Part shown: piece after piece, positions 25,781 to 39,901 of the stretch
Numbering within the stretch: the stretch's first letter is position 1
How the letters are laid out: each line of letters begins with the position of its first letter
Source of the DNA: Geosiphon pyriformis uo1
Taxonomy: Eukaryota; Fungi; Glomeromycota
DNA: 64,000 nucleotides
Assembly: GCA_016748015.1 (NCBI GenBank)
Contig: JAAOMT010000776.1
Coordinates: forward strand, 366,305-430,304
Direction of reading: 5' to 3'
Made by a program: the position numbers and the translations under genes
Notes under the pieces: model-generated
Database searches by the model: none
Told to the model about the DNA's origin: nothing
The model's input: only the letters and a program-made list of their open reading frames with translations

Positions 25781-27011
25781 CTTCAAACACTGAACAATAT
25801 ATCACACTTCTAGATCTTACAATGAAGCAAGAATTAACTAAATTCAGTAATAATAATGAGGGCATTATGTCTGAACATGCACATAATACAGATGCAAGAT
25901 TTGAAATTGATATTCTGAACAGACCACTATAGTTAAAAATCCCAGTTACGTATAAAATTAGATTTACAAATAACAATAGAAATTACAGCAACAACATTGA
26001 TACAAAAGAAAAATTTAGAAGATTTTATAGGAGCTCAATATTAAAGGAGAGAATAATATTACTCATAGAAAAAAAATACAAGAAAATAGTAGGAAAAACA
26101 GATAGAGAAAATAGACCAATAAAAGAATAGTATTTAGCATATGAGCATATTGCTTAACAATGTGAAGCATTGTTAGAGAATCATGGCACATTGTTTAGCA
26201 ATAAGCATATTGTCAGAAATTACAGGCACATTGCTCAACAATATAAGCATTGCTTGAGAAATCATGGTACATTGCTCACAAATGTGCAGAATCTTGTATA
26301 ACATAAATTATATATATATAGTGAGAGTATTAAAAACAGAAAAAGTAATTTCTGGAGAATTCAGAGTTTTATTAATTTAGAACAATCCTCTTTCTTCTTT
26401 ATTTATTAATCCTTATTTCAAGAATAATTGCTATTAACTGAAATAGAATTATATAAATAAAAAATTTCTCCAATTTTTCAAATTCATATTATTGTCATTT
26501 GTTTGAAAATATAATCACTCTTCCATTTATCAACACTTCATGTTGATAAAATCCAACACTTAATCATACTAGAACAATAGCTCTTGATCATGGCTATTGA
26601 CAGATACTAACTTGTGCATTGCCTTGGCTTATTTCTTTATGTTATTTCTTTTATTTTTTTGTCTTAATTGTTGTTATTACTAACTTTATTGAGAATTAAC
26701 GTGTGCAGTACTGATGTCAAGATATAGCACTGGTAAAAGACCCAAAAATAAGAGTAGGACACTCAATTAAGATTAGCTTACCAGAAGAAACACCAGCCAT
26801 TATGCTGAAAAAAAAATTGACAAAACTGCAGTTTTGGAAAGCTACAGATAAAACTATTACCACTGAATCTCTGTCCATTATACAAAAGACTCCACTATAA
26901 AACCTTCAGATAAAACAACATTTTCAGATATTACCAACAACATTATATCAATTGAGCACCAAGTTACAGGTTTGTTATTTGCTTTAAGACTCCAAATAAT
27001 CATCTGTAACA

Positions 27012-29748
27012 ATAATAATGGACTTGGACAACTACTCTGCCTTAATAGAATTTTTGGGTAAAGGACAATACCCACCTGAATACACTTGACAACAAAGAGA
27101 ACATTTATGCAAACAATCAAATTTTTATTTGATTCACCAGAACCAATTATACAAAAGAAACAGAAAAAATCCTGACCACTCCCAGAGAGTCATCAGATTT
27201 GAAAAAAGAGAAATTATAATATACAACATGTATACTAACTCATTAGCTGGACACTTTAGAAAAACAAAGACAATTCAGAAAACTTTAGCTTACTATTATT
27301 GACCTACCTTGGGAAAAGACATTGCTGAATACATCAAAACCTGTAACATCTGCCAAAGAAGAGACAAACCTAATCACAAAAAAGATATCCATCCAATCTC
27401 TGTTGGTCAATTATTTAACAGAATTGGTATAAATGTTGTTAGATCTTTAACAATCACTCCTAATGGCAACAGATATATTATCACAGCTACCAACTATCTT
27501 ACAAAGTGGGTAGAAGCAAGAGCCACCTCAGACTAAACAGCAGTCTCAATAGCCAATTTCATTTATGAAGATATCATCTGCCATCATGGCTGCTCCAAAA
27601 AACTTTTATTTAATAAAAGAAGAGCTTTTCTTAATACACTGGTTGAAGAACTTTGTAGAAAAATGGGAATACATCATAAACTTTCCTCCTCTTATTACTC
27701 CTAAACAAATGGCCTAGTGAAACATTTTAATAGAACATTATGTGAAACCCTAGCCAAAACCAGTAAAAAAACAAACTTATGAGACAAAATACTGCCTTCA
27801 GTTTTGTTTGCTTATAAAACTGTGAATTATGACATAACAAGTTATAAACCTTTTTATCTGCTTTATGGATACATGGCAACACTACCAATAGAAACTAATA
27901 TTAAAACAATACCCTTTGAAGAGATCACAATAGAGAATTATAAAAACATTTTGCAAAAAAGACTTAGTACTATTTTTGACTCCTTAGTAGAAGCACAAAT
28001 AATTGCTTTTGAAAAGATAAAACAGTTCCAAGAAAAGCTTAAAAGAAAGAAAACCTATAAAACACTTTCTTTAAATATTGGTGACTTGGTATTGGAATAC
28101 CGTTTAGATAAAGACAATGTTTATGGTGATAAATTTTCTAGCTAGTGGAAAGGACCCTTTATAGTCAACAAAGTTTTGAACAATGGTTCTTATATTCTTC
28201 AAGATCAATCTGAAACAATCTTCAATGATTGTTTTGTTCATGGTATATGACTCAAAAAATATCATAAACGACCTGATTGGCTGTCTGTTGTGGTAATATT
28301 GACTTAAATAATTAGCAAAAATCAAGTATAAATAAATGCACTATTTTCAAAACAGAGGTATCTTCAATTGACATGAACAATTATTTTCTGGATCAAAACA
28401 TTTAAAATATCTTCTATACTCTCTATAAGTATTAGATTAAAAACTATCTAAATGCTACTCTGACCATTGAAAAACAAATCACCATAACTGATAACAGCAG
28501 AACACATACTGTTATTAGACCAAAGAAAACTACTACCAAAAGAGAAAAAATTGGTAGTAAAATAGATAAATATCTGTTGGAAAGTATAACAGCAGCTATA
28601 CTTCCACCTTCCAACACAATTGGAAAAACACTTCAAGAAATCTTACTCATAAATAAAAACTTGTCATATGGAAGGCAATTAGAACTCTATGGTTGTCTTG
28701 GTGAAATCATAGAGGATATGAAACTCATGAAGAAAACAACTTCAGAGATACAGGCAGAAATTTTGGACATTATACGATTAGATGTCTCAAAAGTTTTAAC
28801 TATTGCTAAAAGAGCCAAAACTCTAATACAAAGATTTGGTCTTTTGAATACAAAACTCATTTCGCCTCAAGTATTATATACCTTATTCACAAAAGACTTC
28901 AACAAACTAGTTAGCTTTGAGTTAGATAAAACCCTTCAAATAGATTACCCTATAAATAGCTTGATTTCACTGGAGCTCAATTTCTTTGAAGAGGATAATG
29001 TTACAGTTAAAACTTATACTTCTTATTAATTATCACATGTATTAGCCACTGATGTCACATAAATTAGCCACTCTATTTTTAGTAAGTGATCATTGACCTG
29101 ATCAATGACCTGACCATTGACCTGATCATTGACCTAATCATTGACCTGATCAATAATCTGATCATTAACCTGATCATTGACCTGATTATTGACCTAGTCA
29201 TTGACCTGATCATTGACCACTTTTGACAGCTATATAAGCAATAAATTTCTTAGCTGTAGAAAAACATGAAAAAATCAAAGAAATAAAGAAATAAAATAAC
29301 AACTTCATCTCAATTCTTCTCTTATCACTAATTTCTCTTTCCCTACTTTCAAGTATCTGAACATCTTAAAAATAAAAAATTACTTGTTGGTTATTTCTTA
29401 CTCTTTTCCTGAAATGTGTAATTGCAACATTTGGAGATTATTGAATAAAACATGACTGAAAAGCACATCTGATACTTAATATTGAATTCTAAGAGTGCCA
29501 ATGTGAGGCATAGAATTATACCAAGTGTAATTATTTGTTGACAGTATGGACTATTCTTCTATCTTTAAATTCCCCGGTTATCTTTGAAAAGTATAATGAC
29601 TGAGATATTTTATGAGACTGATCTCACACATTGAATTCTTACTCATTCAATTTGCTCTTTGAAGTTGAATTCCCCTTTGATTATTTCCATCACCTTACAA
29701 TTCCATTCTTTTTTGCTATCCGTTAGCTTGTTACTCCAATCTGTAACA
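27012..29748 (+). mobile_element. Family A 3' half (integrase, ORF-X, 3' LTR 28999-29748), copy X'
   Basis: ORFs 27309, 27804 and 28577; LTR termini tgttacag...gtaaca. Confidence 0.92.
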
Positions 29749-30589
29749 ATATTATAGTCAAATTCATCCAAGTGGAGTATCTAGTAAGTTATTTGTTTGT
29801 GTTCCAGCTTTTTTTTATTGTGCAGCCAAACCAAGGCTTGATGATCTATTACCACTAAGAATTTTGCACTAAGAAGATATTGATCTCAATAACTAGTAGC
29901 CCAAACTACTGCTAAACATTTTTGTTCAATAACTGAATAGTTCTTTTCTGCTGGTATAAGGAATCTACTGGCATATGCTATGACATATTTTCTGCTATTT
30001 TCATCTTTCTGTGAAAAGACAGCACCAAGTTTATAGCCAGATGTATCAGTATAGAGAATGAAAGGTTGGTTCAGATTAGGTTGCTTGAGAATTGGTTCAG
30101 TAACAAGTTTTTCTTTCAAAATTTCAAAAGCTTTTTGTTGATGAGTACTCCAATAATAATTGATATTTTTTCTGAATAGCTGATTAAGAAGAAAAATGAT
30201 TTTGGATAAATTTGTGATAGTAAGAAACCAAACCAAGAAAAGAACATAGTTTAGAAACATTTATTAGTTGTCTAATGTTTTGAACTTTTTTAACTTTAGC
30301 TGGATCAAGAAAGATTTCATCTTTTATAATAAGATGACCAAGGAACTGAGTGGATTGGTGTCCAAAAAAAGATTTGGGTTGATCTTAAGACCAGCATTTT
30401 TGAGCAGGTCAAAAACCTTCTGTAAATGTTCAAAGTATTCATTCCAGGTTTTTGAGTAAACCATTATGTCATTTAAGTAGACCAGAACAAAGTTTTCTTT
30501 TACTGATTCAAATACTTTATCTATTAGGTATTGAAAGGTGAAAGAGACATTGGTAAGACCAAAAGACATAACTGTAAATTCATAGGTGC

Positions 30590-31460
30590 TGTTATGGGAT
30601 GGTTTTCTTGTTATATTTAATTGCTGATATCCTGTTTAAATTGCAATTAATCTCTTGTAAGTTCCTTAATTCTATTTGTGTGATAATATTACTGTTATAC
30701 TAAAAGCTTTCTCTTTAATGTCGTGATGTAAGTTATTTTTCAATTCTTGATTGTTGTGTGTTCATGTATTCCTTCTCAGAGGCTGAACTAAAATCTACCT
30801 GCTGTCTGGGGTTTTCTCTGAGACTATTCTTGCAATTGCCTGATGTGTTTCTCTAATCTAGAAACACAGAATGTTAATGGTCTTTAGTGCTTTTTTTAAT
30901 TCTCACAATAAAGCTTTTATCAATTAGTAACAATGTGAATAATCTTGATCAGAGATTATTCTTCCAAGAAATTCAACTGATGAATAATAGTTTCATTCAA
31001 TAATTAACACAAGTGAGTTTCTTATTACTTTGGGGTTGTGATAATTCAGTTTTAAATATTCTTTTTCATTTCTTTTTGATTTAAAGGTTTCTTGGGATAT
31101 TTAATTTAAAGATACAATTTAAAGTAGAGTTTGTTGGATAAATTGGATTTATTGCTTGATAAGTTATAATTTTTATTACTTGATTTTTTTTCTCAATATT
31201 AAAGTTACTGTATATATACATGTTTGTAGTTCTACAAAAAAACACATTGTAATACTTTCTTTTTGATATTTCAACCTGGTGTTTGCTGCTATCATCAGTT
31301 GGTGTTGGCTGCTATTGTAAACTGGTGCTTGTCACTATTGCGAGATGGTGTTTGCTACTATGTTAATCATTACCTTTCTAAGATTATTATTGTGCTATAT
31401 TATGATTGAATAGTTTATATTATTTTTATGATTTTTTTGCTAAATTCTTAAACCATAACA
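30590..31460. mobile_element. Solo LTR of a further family (E), inserted in the RT of copy V
   Basis: Perfect 8-bp terminal inverted repeat TGTTATGG...CCATAACA; 4-bp TSD gtgc (30586-30589 and 31461-31464); RT sequence resumes after it. Confidence 0.9.
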
Positions 31461-34400
31461 GTGCCATACTTGGTAATGAAAGCAGTTTTTTTTCTGCTTT
31501 CTGGATCTATCTTTAATTGCCAAAATTTAACAGTTAAGTCAATAGTTGAGAAGAAAGCAGCACTATTGAATTTATCTAGCATTGTATTAATTTTGGGGAG
31601 TGAGTACATGTTTCTTATTGTGATGACATTTAATTGACAGTAGTCAACACAGAAGCATAGAGTTCAACCTTTTTTGAATATCACTACAACTGGAAAAGCC
31701 TATTTACTCTTGGTTTTTTGTATAAATCCAAGATCTTTCATCTGGTTTATCTCTTTCTTGATAAACTCATCATTGTGTCAATTGGATTGATAAGGCTTCA
31801 AATGGATGGGACAAGTTTCTTTTGTGGTAATAGTGTGTTGTATTACATAGGTTCATTTAGGAGTATTACCTTCTTTTGAGATAACTGGGCTATTCCTAAC
31901 CAACAGATTTTCAATGTCCACTTTTCTTTCTTCAGGTGAAGATTTTTTTTGTTCTACAACTAGTAATTGGATTTCAGGTAGTTCACTTTCAAAAGACTTT
32001 TGTACTTTTTTTAGTTCTTCTCTGGGTATCAAACTAATTGGCTCCCAATCTTTGTAATAGATTAGGCAGGACTTGTATTCATTACTAGGGGAATACAAAG
32101 GTTTATTGCACCAGCACCTGACACAAAGACCATGCCACCAATAACTGTATTTTGCTTTTTTGCCAGGTTTTCTATCAAAGATTCTTTTGAGGATATCATA
32201 GTAGGGCCAGCTGATTAGCTTGCTATTTATCATGATTCCTTTTTTGTCAGCTTTAATATTATCTAGTGGCTTGCTGTTGCTGGTAAAATAGTATAGGTAA
32301 GTTTAGCAGTTTCTTCTTGTTTTTTTTTGGTTTTCTTTTTCATCACTTTCATCATTATCTGATTCATTTGATTGTTTTTCTTCTTGGTTTTGCTTGAGTA
32401 CTAGAGAAGTTGTCCAATGGTAATATTTAACCACAATGGGTTTTTTACCACATCTGATGGTTAGCTCACAAAGTTTATAATCAAGTAGTGCTTTAGCTTT
32501 TTTAAGCCACTTGTTGCCAACAATTATGGTGTATTCTTTTGCTTCAGATACTTCTATATCAGTTTCAATGCTAATACTATTGATGCAAACAGAAATAGCT
32601 TTGGCTATGCCCAAGCCTTTTTTCTTGTTACCATGTATGTTGATCATTGGTTGAGTGAAAAGCTCATCAATTTTTCTGCCAATTGCTTCAAGAAAGTGTT
32701 TGGCAATTATATTAACAGATGATCTACTATCTAGAATCAGATTAATAAAGTAACCAGCCACTTGAGCTTTACAAATCAGAGAGGTGACATTGCTGTTATC
32801 AATGAGTCTAGCTTGGTGAGATTGTTTGTTGGTCTTTGGTGTTTTCTTCTTTGGTATTAATGATTTGTAAAAATCTTTTCTGAACTGTGGATGGGTTATT
32901 AGTTGGCCAAATGTAATGTGTGCTAGGGTTTCCAAAAGATCTTTAACAACAGAATAAGGGCCAGATTTTTGTACTATTTTTGGGAGTTCCAACTTTGGAA
33001 AATTTTTAAAAACTTTAGCCTTTGGGGCTTATTGTTATCAGCAGTTAATGTGGAGGCTTTCTTTGGATTTATAACAAAATCAATCTTGGCTTTTTTCTTT
33101 TTTCTTGTTGATTCAGAAGTGTTAATTGCTAGTTTATCCATGTCATGGTCATTATTAGTTATGTTAAAAGCATAAAAAGGGTTTTTTTCTGGTTGGCTTG
33201 CATTCTCACCCTTTGGAGGTGCACCTACCAGTTTAAAGACTGATAAACAGTGGCTTCAACTAAGGGATCCTTTCAAAAGAAATTAATGTTGGCATAATTG
33301 GGTCTTTGGTTGGGGAAATTATTATTAATGGTCCTGTTATTTTGATAATCATTGTTTCTAGAAGCTGGAGGATTGTTGCAATCTCTGGTGAAATGTCCAG
33401 TTAATCCACAGTGATAACATACAGGTGGACCACAATTTTGTTGTCTTTAATAAGAGGGTTGCTGGAACTGATTAAAATGGGGTTCAAATCTGGGTCTTTG
33501 AGTTTGTCAATTTTCTCTGACTGCTTGAGCTAAGAGTTCTAATAACCAGACAAGATTGGCTGTAAGTCTATTTATTAATTGTTTATTGGGATCTGAAGTT
33601 TGGGCAGCAAAAGAGTTAGCAGCCATTTGGAGAGCAGGAACCATAACAGAAGCAAAAGCAAAAACTAGAAGTGTGGATCCTAGGTGCATTCATTGATTGT
33701 CTTCTATTCTCTGGGCAAGTTCAATAGCCATATTCATTGTGGGATTGTCTTTTAATGCCAAGAGAGACCAAAAAGCATAGAAAAAATCAGTTCTTAATTT
33801 TTTTGTAAAGGAATAAATCTTTTGCTCTTCTATTTAGTTTCTTCTAAAATCTACTTACTTGATTAATTTTCTGATTGCTTTGGCATACTCAATTACAACT
33901 TTACCAGGACCTTGGGTTTTTTTTTCTAATTTCATACATCATTTGGATATTAAGATAGAAGTTCTAAATTTAGTTTCAAACTGAGTTGTGAAAGAAGTGT
34001 TTTCTTTTCCAACATTTGTTGGTGCCCATCTAATAATTTTTTGGTGAGCACTAGCATCAGTTTCTTGTGAAAACCAAGTAGCAGGAGAGCTTTGAAGGTA
34101 GCCACTAACGATTTGTAACTTGTATTCATTATTATATTAATTGGCTGTGGCAGTTCTTTCAAAATCATCTAACCATTCAATTGGATCTTGTGTATTGCCT
34201 CTGAATAATAGTAGTGGAGTATTGTTTCTTCACCCTAAAGCAGTTTGTATGCCTTAGAGGGCAATTAGGATGTTTTGTTGTATGGGGTTATTAGCCATTG
34301 GTTCAGAAATAACTGTTTGTATGGATGAATTTGATTTACTTGATAAAAAGTCAAAAACAAGAGCAGTTTGGTAGCTTTCTTTTTCTGTTTCAAAGAGAGT

Positions 34401-34818
34401 TTCAGTTGCTTGATGGGCAGCAATCCAATTGTGGATTTGATGATTCAGATATTCGAAATCAAAGGACTGTTGTTTAAAGGTTGTGGAGTATAAAAGCTGA
34501 TTAATACTGTTGTTTCTTTCTTCAAAATTGTCTTCAAAATAAGCTTGGTCAAAGTAATAGATTGTATAGGCTGTGTAGATTTCAGCTGAATGCTCATTCA
34601 GGAATCAGTTCTAAAAGTCTTGGAATTGTCTGCTGAATTGTTTTTCAATGAGGAAGCAAATCAAGCAGGAGGGCAAAAGATTAAGTTCAATAAAGTCTAG
34701 ATCATTTTTATTATGTGCTTCAAAGTGTTCTTCTGATTATTGTGGCAAGTATAAATAATTACCCATATAATAGAAAACAAAGTAGATTTTGACAACCTCA
34801 CAGGAAGCACCACTTTTA

Positions 34819-35545
34819 TGTTACAGGTTGAAATAACAAGCTAATGGATAGCAAGGGAGAACAAGATTGTAGGGTAATAAAAAAAATCAAAGGAAATTCA
34901 ACTTTAAAGAGTGAATTAAATAAGTATGGATTCAATGTGTGAGATTAGTTTTATAAAATATCTTAGTTGCTGTACTTTTCTAAAGATAACCAGGAATCTG
35001 AAGGTAGAGGGATAATCCATATTATTAACAAATGATTACACACTGGTATAATTCTATGCCTTACATCAGCACTCTTAGAATTCAATATCAGGTATCAGAT
35101 GTACTCTTCAGTTACATTTTATTTAATAATCTTCAAATGTTGCAATTACACATTTCAGGAAAAGAATAAGGAATAACCAATAAGTAATTTTTTATCCCAA
35201 AATGTTCAGATACTTAAAGATAGAGAAAAAGAAATTAGCAATAAGAGAATTATTAAGATGAAAGTTGTTATTTTATTTATTTTATTTTCTTGATTTCTAC
35301 ATGCTTTTTTACAGCTAAAAAATTCATTGCTTATATAGCTATCAAAAGTGGTTAATAATTAGGTCAACGATTAGGTCAATGATCAAGTCAATAATCAGGT
35401 CAATAATCAGGTCAATAATCAGATCAATGGTTAGGTTATTAATTAAGTCAATAATCACTTTCTAAAAATAAAGTGGCTAATTTATATGATATCAGTGACT
35501 AATACATGTAATAATTAATAAAAAGTATAAGTTTCAACTATAACA
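34819..35545 (-). repeat. Family A 5' LTR of copy V
   Basis: Adjacent PBS (cctcacaggaagcacca on the + strand) and gag start. Confidence 0.92.
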
Positions 35546-35605
35546 ATATGAAACTTTTAAAGAAAACAACTTCAAAGATACAGGTAGAAATTTTGGGCAT
35601 TATAC

Positions 35606-37490
35606 TTTTTTTTTTGTTAATATGTAGTCATACTGGTCTTTTATTAGTTTAGCCACACTTAAAAAGCATGGCTTTTTTATAAAGCCAACTCACTCAGTAT
35701 TCTAAAATACAAGATGTGACTAACCACTAAATAATTATGCCTAACTACACACTAGTATAACCAGAAAATCTAAGGGATATCACACTATTACATAAAGTAA
35801 TTGTACTATTCAACACATTAATTAATATCTTATTACAACATGTAAATCCATCACTTATTTTAATATTGGATTTGCCATTACCATTACTATTATTTTTTGG
35901 TGTTTTGTGTATGCTAGTCACTCATGATAGGTTTTTTTTAATTTTGTTATCAATACTCACCAATTTTTCTCACTCAACTTGTAATTTGCAACATTTTCCC
36001 CATAATTTATTCCTTGTTTAAGTCACTGCCCTTAATTAAAATATTATTGATCAATGTCAGCAAAAGCATTGATTCTTCTGAATTGCTTAATAATCAATTC
36101 TTTGCATAGCAGATCTATGTTAGATGTTGATCTAATGTACTCATTAAACAAAATAACTCTCTTATCAGGGTCCAAGGTTTTATGTTTCTCTTTTACAGCC
36201 TATGATAAATACCACATCTACTTATTTCTTATATCATCTATTAGTGTCTTGCTTTTTTAAGTATTCAGAGAGCATTTTCAAGTGTTGGTTGGTTTCTACT
36301 TTTATGTGGCATATTTTGCACAGATTGTTTAGATACACAAGGGGACATTTGTTGTATAGCACCTCTGCTGTTGGCAGCATGTTGTAAAATGATTTCATAA
36401 TAAATATATGCATTGCTGAGAAACCAGCTGAGGTGAAACCTGATAACATTTTACCATCTCAGTTCCACATCTTGGTTGTGTACTTCCAGTCTATCCTCTG
36501 GTCTAAAGGCTCCAATGTCTCTTGTATTTTGTTATTGCCTATTCAATTCAAAGTTTCTTAAAGTCCAGTCTGCTGGTTCAGAAAATGTCTGATATTCAAC
36601 TTCTCTGCAAAAGAGAATGTAGCTAATATTCTTAGCATTGTAAGCCCCATTCTACTGTGTCAAAAGCAGTAGCTTCTTTGGCTAGTTTGTCAGCCATCTT
36701 ATTTTCAGATATTCCAGTATATGCATCCACTTTGTTTATGTTGAGATCAATTCTTTTTTCACCTATTACTGCTTTGATTGCATTCTATGTGTGCCAGTTA
36801 AGAGTTTTGAGCTAATTTTTAATAGACATAGGAGAGTTTTTGAACAGCCATTTTCGAGCTGTTGATACTACTGCTTGATTATCTGTGTTCAATGTTAGTT
36901 TATATTTGTAAGATACTGCTTCTAAAGCCAATAACACAGCTTTTGCCTTGGTTTTTGTTGATAATAACATTTCATCAACTACTATACCAAAGTTGGCCTC
37001 TATTTCATATGTTACAAAAGCAGCTGCTCTCCTAATATCTCCAAAACCAGTTTTTATCAGTGAGTCATCTGTTGATATTTCTATTTTTTTTCTGAATCTC
37101 AACTTATCTTATACCCTCCTCCATTATGATAATAGAGTATCAGGAATTTGGATGTAAATAGAGTCTTTTTGTATTGTTTTCAGATTATCTGGTATTAGAT
37201 TAATTATTTTGTGTATCCCCAATGCTTTACATTGAACTATATCAATTTTCCTGTATTCATTCATAATAAGTGTAGCTTCTAATATCTTAAACTATCTGGA
37301 AATTCTACCATTGTCATTCTGTTTGTACTTCCTTGTGAAGTCCATCCATGTTATTAATAATCCATTTTTGTTCTGTACCTGATGCAAATACAAAATGTTC
37401 TTCTTTTTCAATAAGCCTTTAACTTTAAAGTAGGTTGCATCTGGAGTTATGACTATCTCAATTAAATGTGCATGTGGTCTTGAAGATTCA
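35606..37490 (-). mobile_element. LINE family L 3' part (RNase H, Cys region, poly(A))
   Basis: Poly(T) at 35606; ORFs 36234-36449 and 36812-37102. Confidence 0.9.
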
Positions 37491-39629
37491 GATACCAATA
37501 ATACTCTTTCTCTCCTAATTTTTATGACCATGACTAGAGCTAAGAGTAAAAAAGTTGCAAACATTACTTTTCCTATAGTAACTAATAAAGTTTTAACACG
37601 AAAAAGTCTCTCTGTTATTGAAGCAGTTAGACAAAACATTCTGGCTACATTTTCTTTAAAAAATATTAGTAAAAAGCTGTCTTTAGCGGCTTCTGGTTCA
37701 TTTTCTTCACCTTTGGCTGGTGGTTCTTCTCCAGTCAAAGTTTCTTTTAAAAGACACACTCAAGTTAGTCCCAATGTAGTCTCCATTATTTTTAAAAGCC
37801 CAAAAAATTTTAATAACAGACCAGTCAACAAGTTGGTCTTTTCTGCTCTCACAACTACTACTACTACTATTACTTTTACTTTACAAATAACTACAAAAGC
37901 CAAAAATTCCAGAAACCAGTAGCAGACAGTCACAACTGCTATGGTTACACCAAACCCCTTCATAATTCCAGATGAGATCTTGGATAAAATCTCCACAGCA
38001 GCAGCCAGCCCTCTTCCTAATATGAATAGCAATAACAATGGCTCAACTCCTAATATGAAACAAGATCAACCACTGGCTGTGTTTTCTAATGTGGTGATCT
38101 CTGACAGATCTTCTTCTGTCATGGAAACAAAACAGTTCATCATTTTCGATGATTTCAAAGATTGGGCTGATTAGATGGAAATAGAATTATCTACTTCTCC
38201 CCCAGTTTCTGGTGTTGCTGATGGAAGTGCTTGGTTGAATGTGAATGGTCAACAAAGGTTCTTTGGATGAGTAGCCTCTATTTTTGTGTCTGGTATCATA
38301 TTCAAAATTAAGATAGCCCTTCTTAGTTCCTTGTTTTAGCTTCTGTCTAGTTGTATTGAACTTAAGTCAGTTTTACAAAATGCTGTCAAGTTGTTTTGTG
38401 TAGAATTTGCATCTCAGGAGAGTTTAACTGGTGCCACCAAAGTGGCCATTGGTAATAAGATTTTTTTGATCACTCTTAAAATTGCATGGTCTTTTGATGT
38501 GGTCTCTGTTTTTTCTCCTCCTTTGTCAGTTGCACTTTGTAATATACCTTTGGATAACTTTTCTGATGACATCAAATCTGCTCTTGGTGTGTTTGGTGTT
38601 GTCATTTCTGTTAAGTTGAAATCTACTGGCTTATGACAATATACTATGGTTCATTTCAAAGACACTTCTTTTGCTACTGCTGCTCTTATTTACTGATCTG
38701 TGCTGGTTAGGAAAGACAGTATCAGAATTTTTTTTGTTGTTAACCAAAATGATATTATTTCTTCAAGAAATGCTTTTAAGGCTAAGCTGGTCAATCTCCC
38801 ATTTGGCTGCACTGCTTTTGAGATAAGTGATTTAGTCTTTTAAGTTGGTGGCCATATTTGTTTCATTCCTTACTCTCCTAAGTTGTATTGACATCAACAT
38901 TTTGCTGTGGTTACCTTTGAATCCTTGGAATTCTTGAATGTTGCTGTTTCAAAAACTGGTACTTTGCATAGCTGCTGTATCTGGTGGAAAACTCCTGGAT
39001 GTTGTCACTGCTACAAATGTCAAGGACTGGATCACTTGGCTGTGAACTGCAAGATATCACCACCTTTTTCTCCCAAATTTTTTTTCAATTTTGCTGGTGG
39101 TTTTAAAATATTCAAGTTGTCTTTTACTGAAACAAAATTTTATGCCAAAGCTGCTGTCTATGTGGTTCTTCTTGTTGCTGCTGCTATTGATATGGATTTG
39201 GGTTTTGGTGTCTTTCTTATAGGTATTATATCTCTGCTGCCTGTTGTTCTCTTTGGTTCTGATGTTGCTGTTAATGCTAAATTGGCTTCTCTGAAATCCC
39301 ATCTTAGTGAACTGTCTTTGTTAATAAAATTCTTGGTTGAATCTGTTGATGCACTGGTTGTTTTAGTTACCAAATTGCTGTCTGCCCTATCTGTTGTAGA
39401 TGTGTCTGTTAAAGAAAGTGTGGCCGGATTGGCTAAGCAAAATAAAGGCTTTGCTACTATTACTTCCATAATATAAAAGAGAATAGTATATCTTAAGAAA
39501 AAATGCAAATAAGCCTGCTTGGAAGATGTATCAGATAATAATGACATAAATGATAATAGTAATGATGATGATGATGTTAAAAACTTTTTTGTTTATGATG
39601 ACACCTTTTTTTTTTTTTTTTTTTTTTTT

Positions 39630-39649
39630 NNNNNNNNNNNNNNNNNNNN
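39630..39649. other. Assembly gap (N run) within a poly(A) tail
   Basis: 20 N flanked by poly(T). Confidence 0.98.
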
Positions 39650-39659
39650 TTTGTTTTTT

Positions 39660-39741
<82 letters not shown>

Positions 39742-39901
39742 TTTTTTTTCTTTTTTTTTTTTTTTTTTTTTTTTTGTTAATGTGTAGCCACGCTGATTGT
39801 TTATTAGTTAAGTCAACAGTAATGTGACGGTTTCATAAAGCCAGCTCACTCAATAATACAAAAATTACAAGATGTGGCTAACTACAGGTGGAAAGCCCTA
39901 A

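Larger units (their letters stand above)
24447..27011 (+). mobile_element. Family D non-autonomous LTR element (partial 5' LTR 24447-24577, PBS 24580-24596, 3' LTR 26715-27011)
   Basis: LTR segment repeated at ~26880-27011; PBS tggtgctccctgtgag; short gag-like start and dUTPase-motif remnant; no RT or integrase. Confidence 0.8.
8294..35545 (-). mobile_element. Family A element (copy V) hosting a large nest: 3' LTR part 8294-8678, internal 29749-34818, 5' LTR 34819-35545
   Basis: 4-bp TSD atat at 8290-8293 and 35546-35549 rejoins ORF-X (aaagatat|gaaactt); gag, PR, RT and RNase H remnants on the minus strand; primer-binding site (PBS) at ~34796-34812. Confidence 0.8.

Noticed and set aside
39519-39827. 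Poly-Phe ORFs
   Set aside because: These are translations of the poly(T) tail and the N gap; homopolymer length is unreliable.
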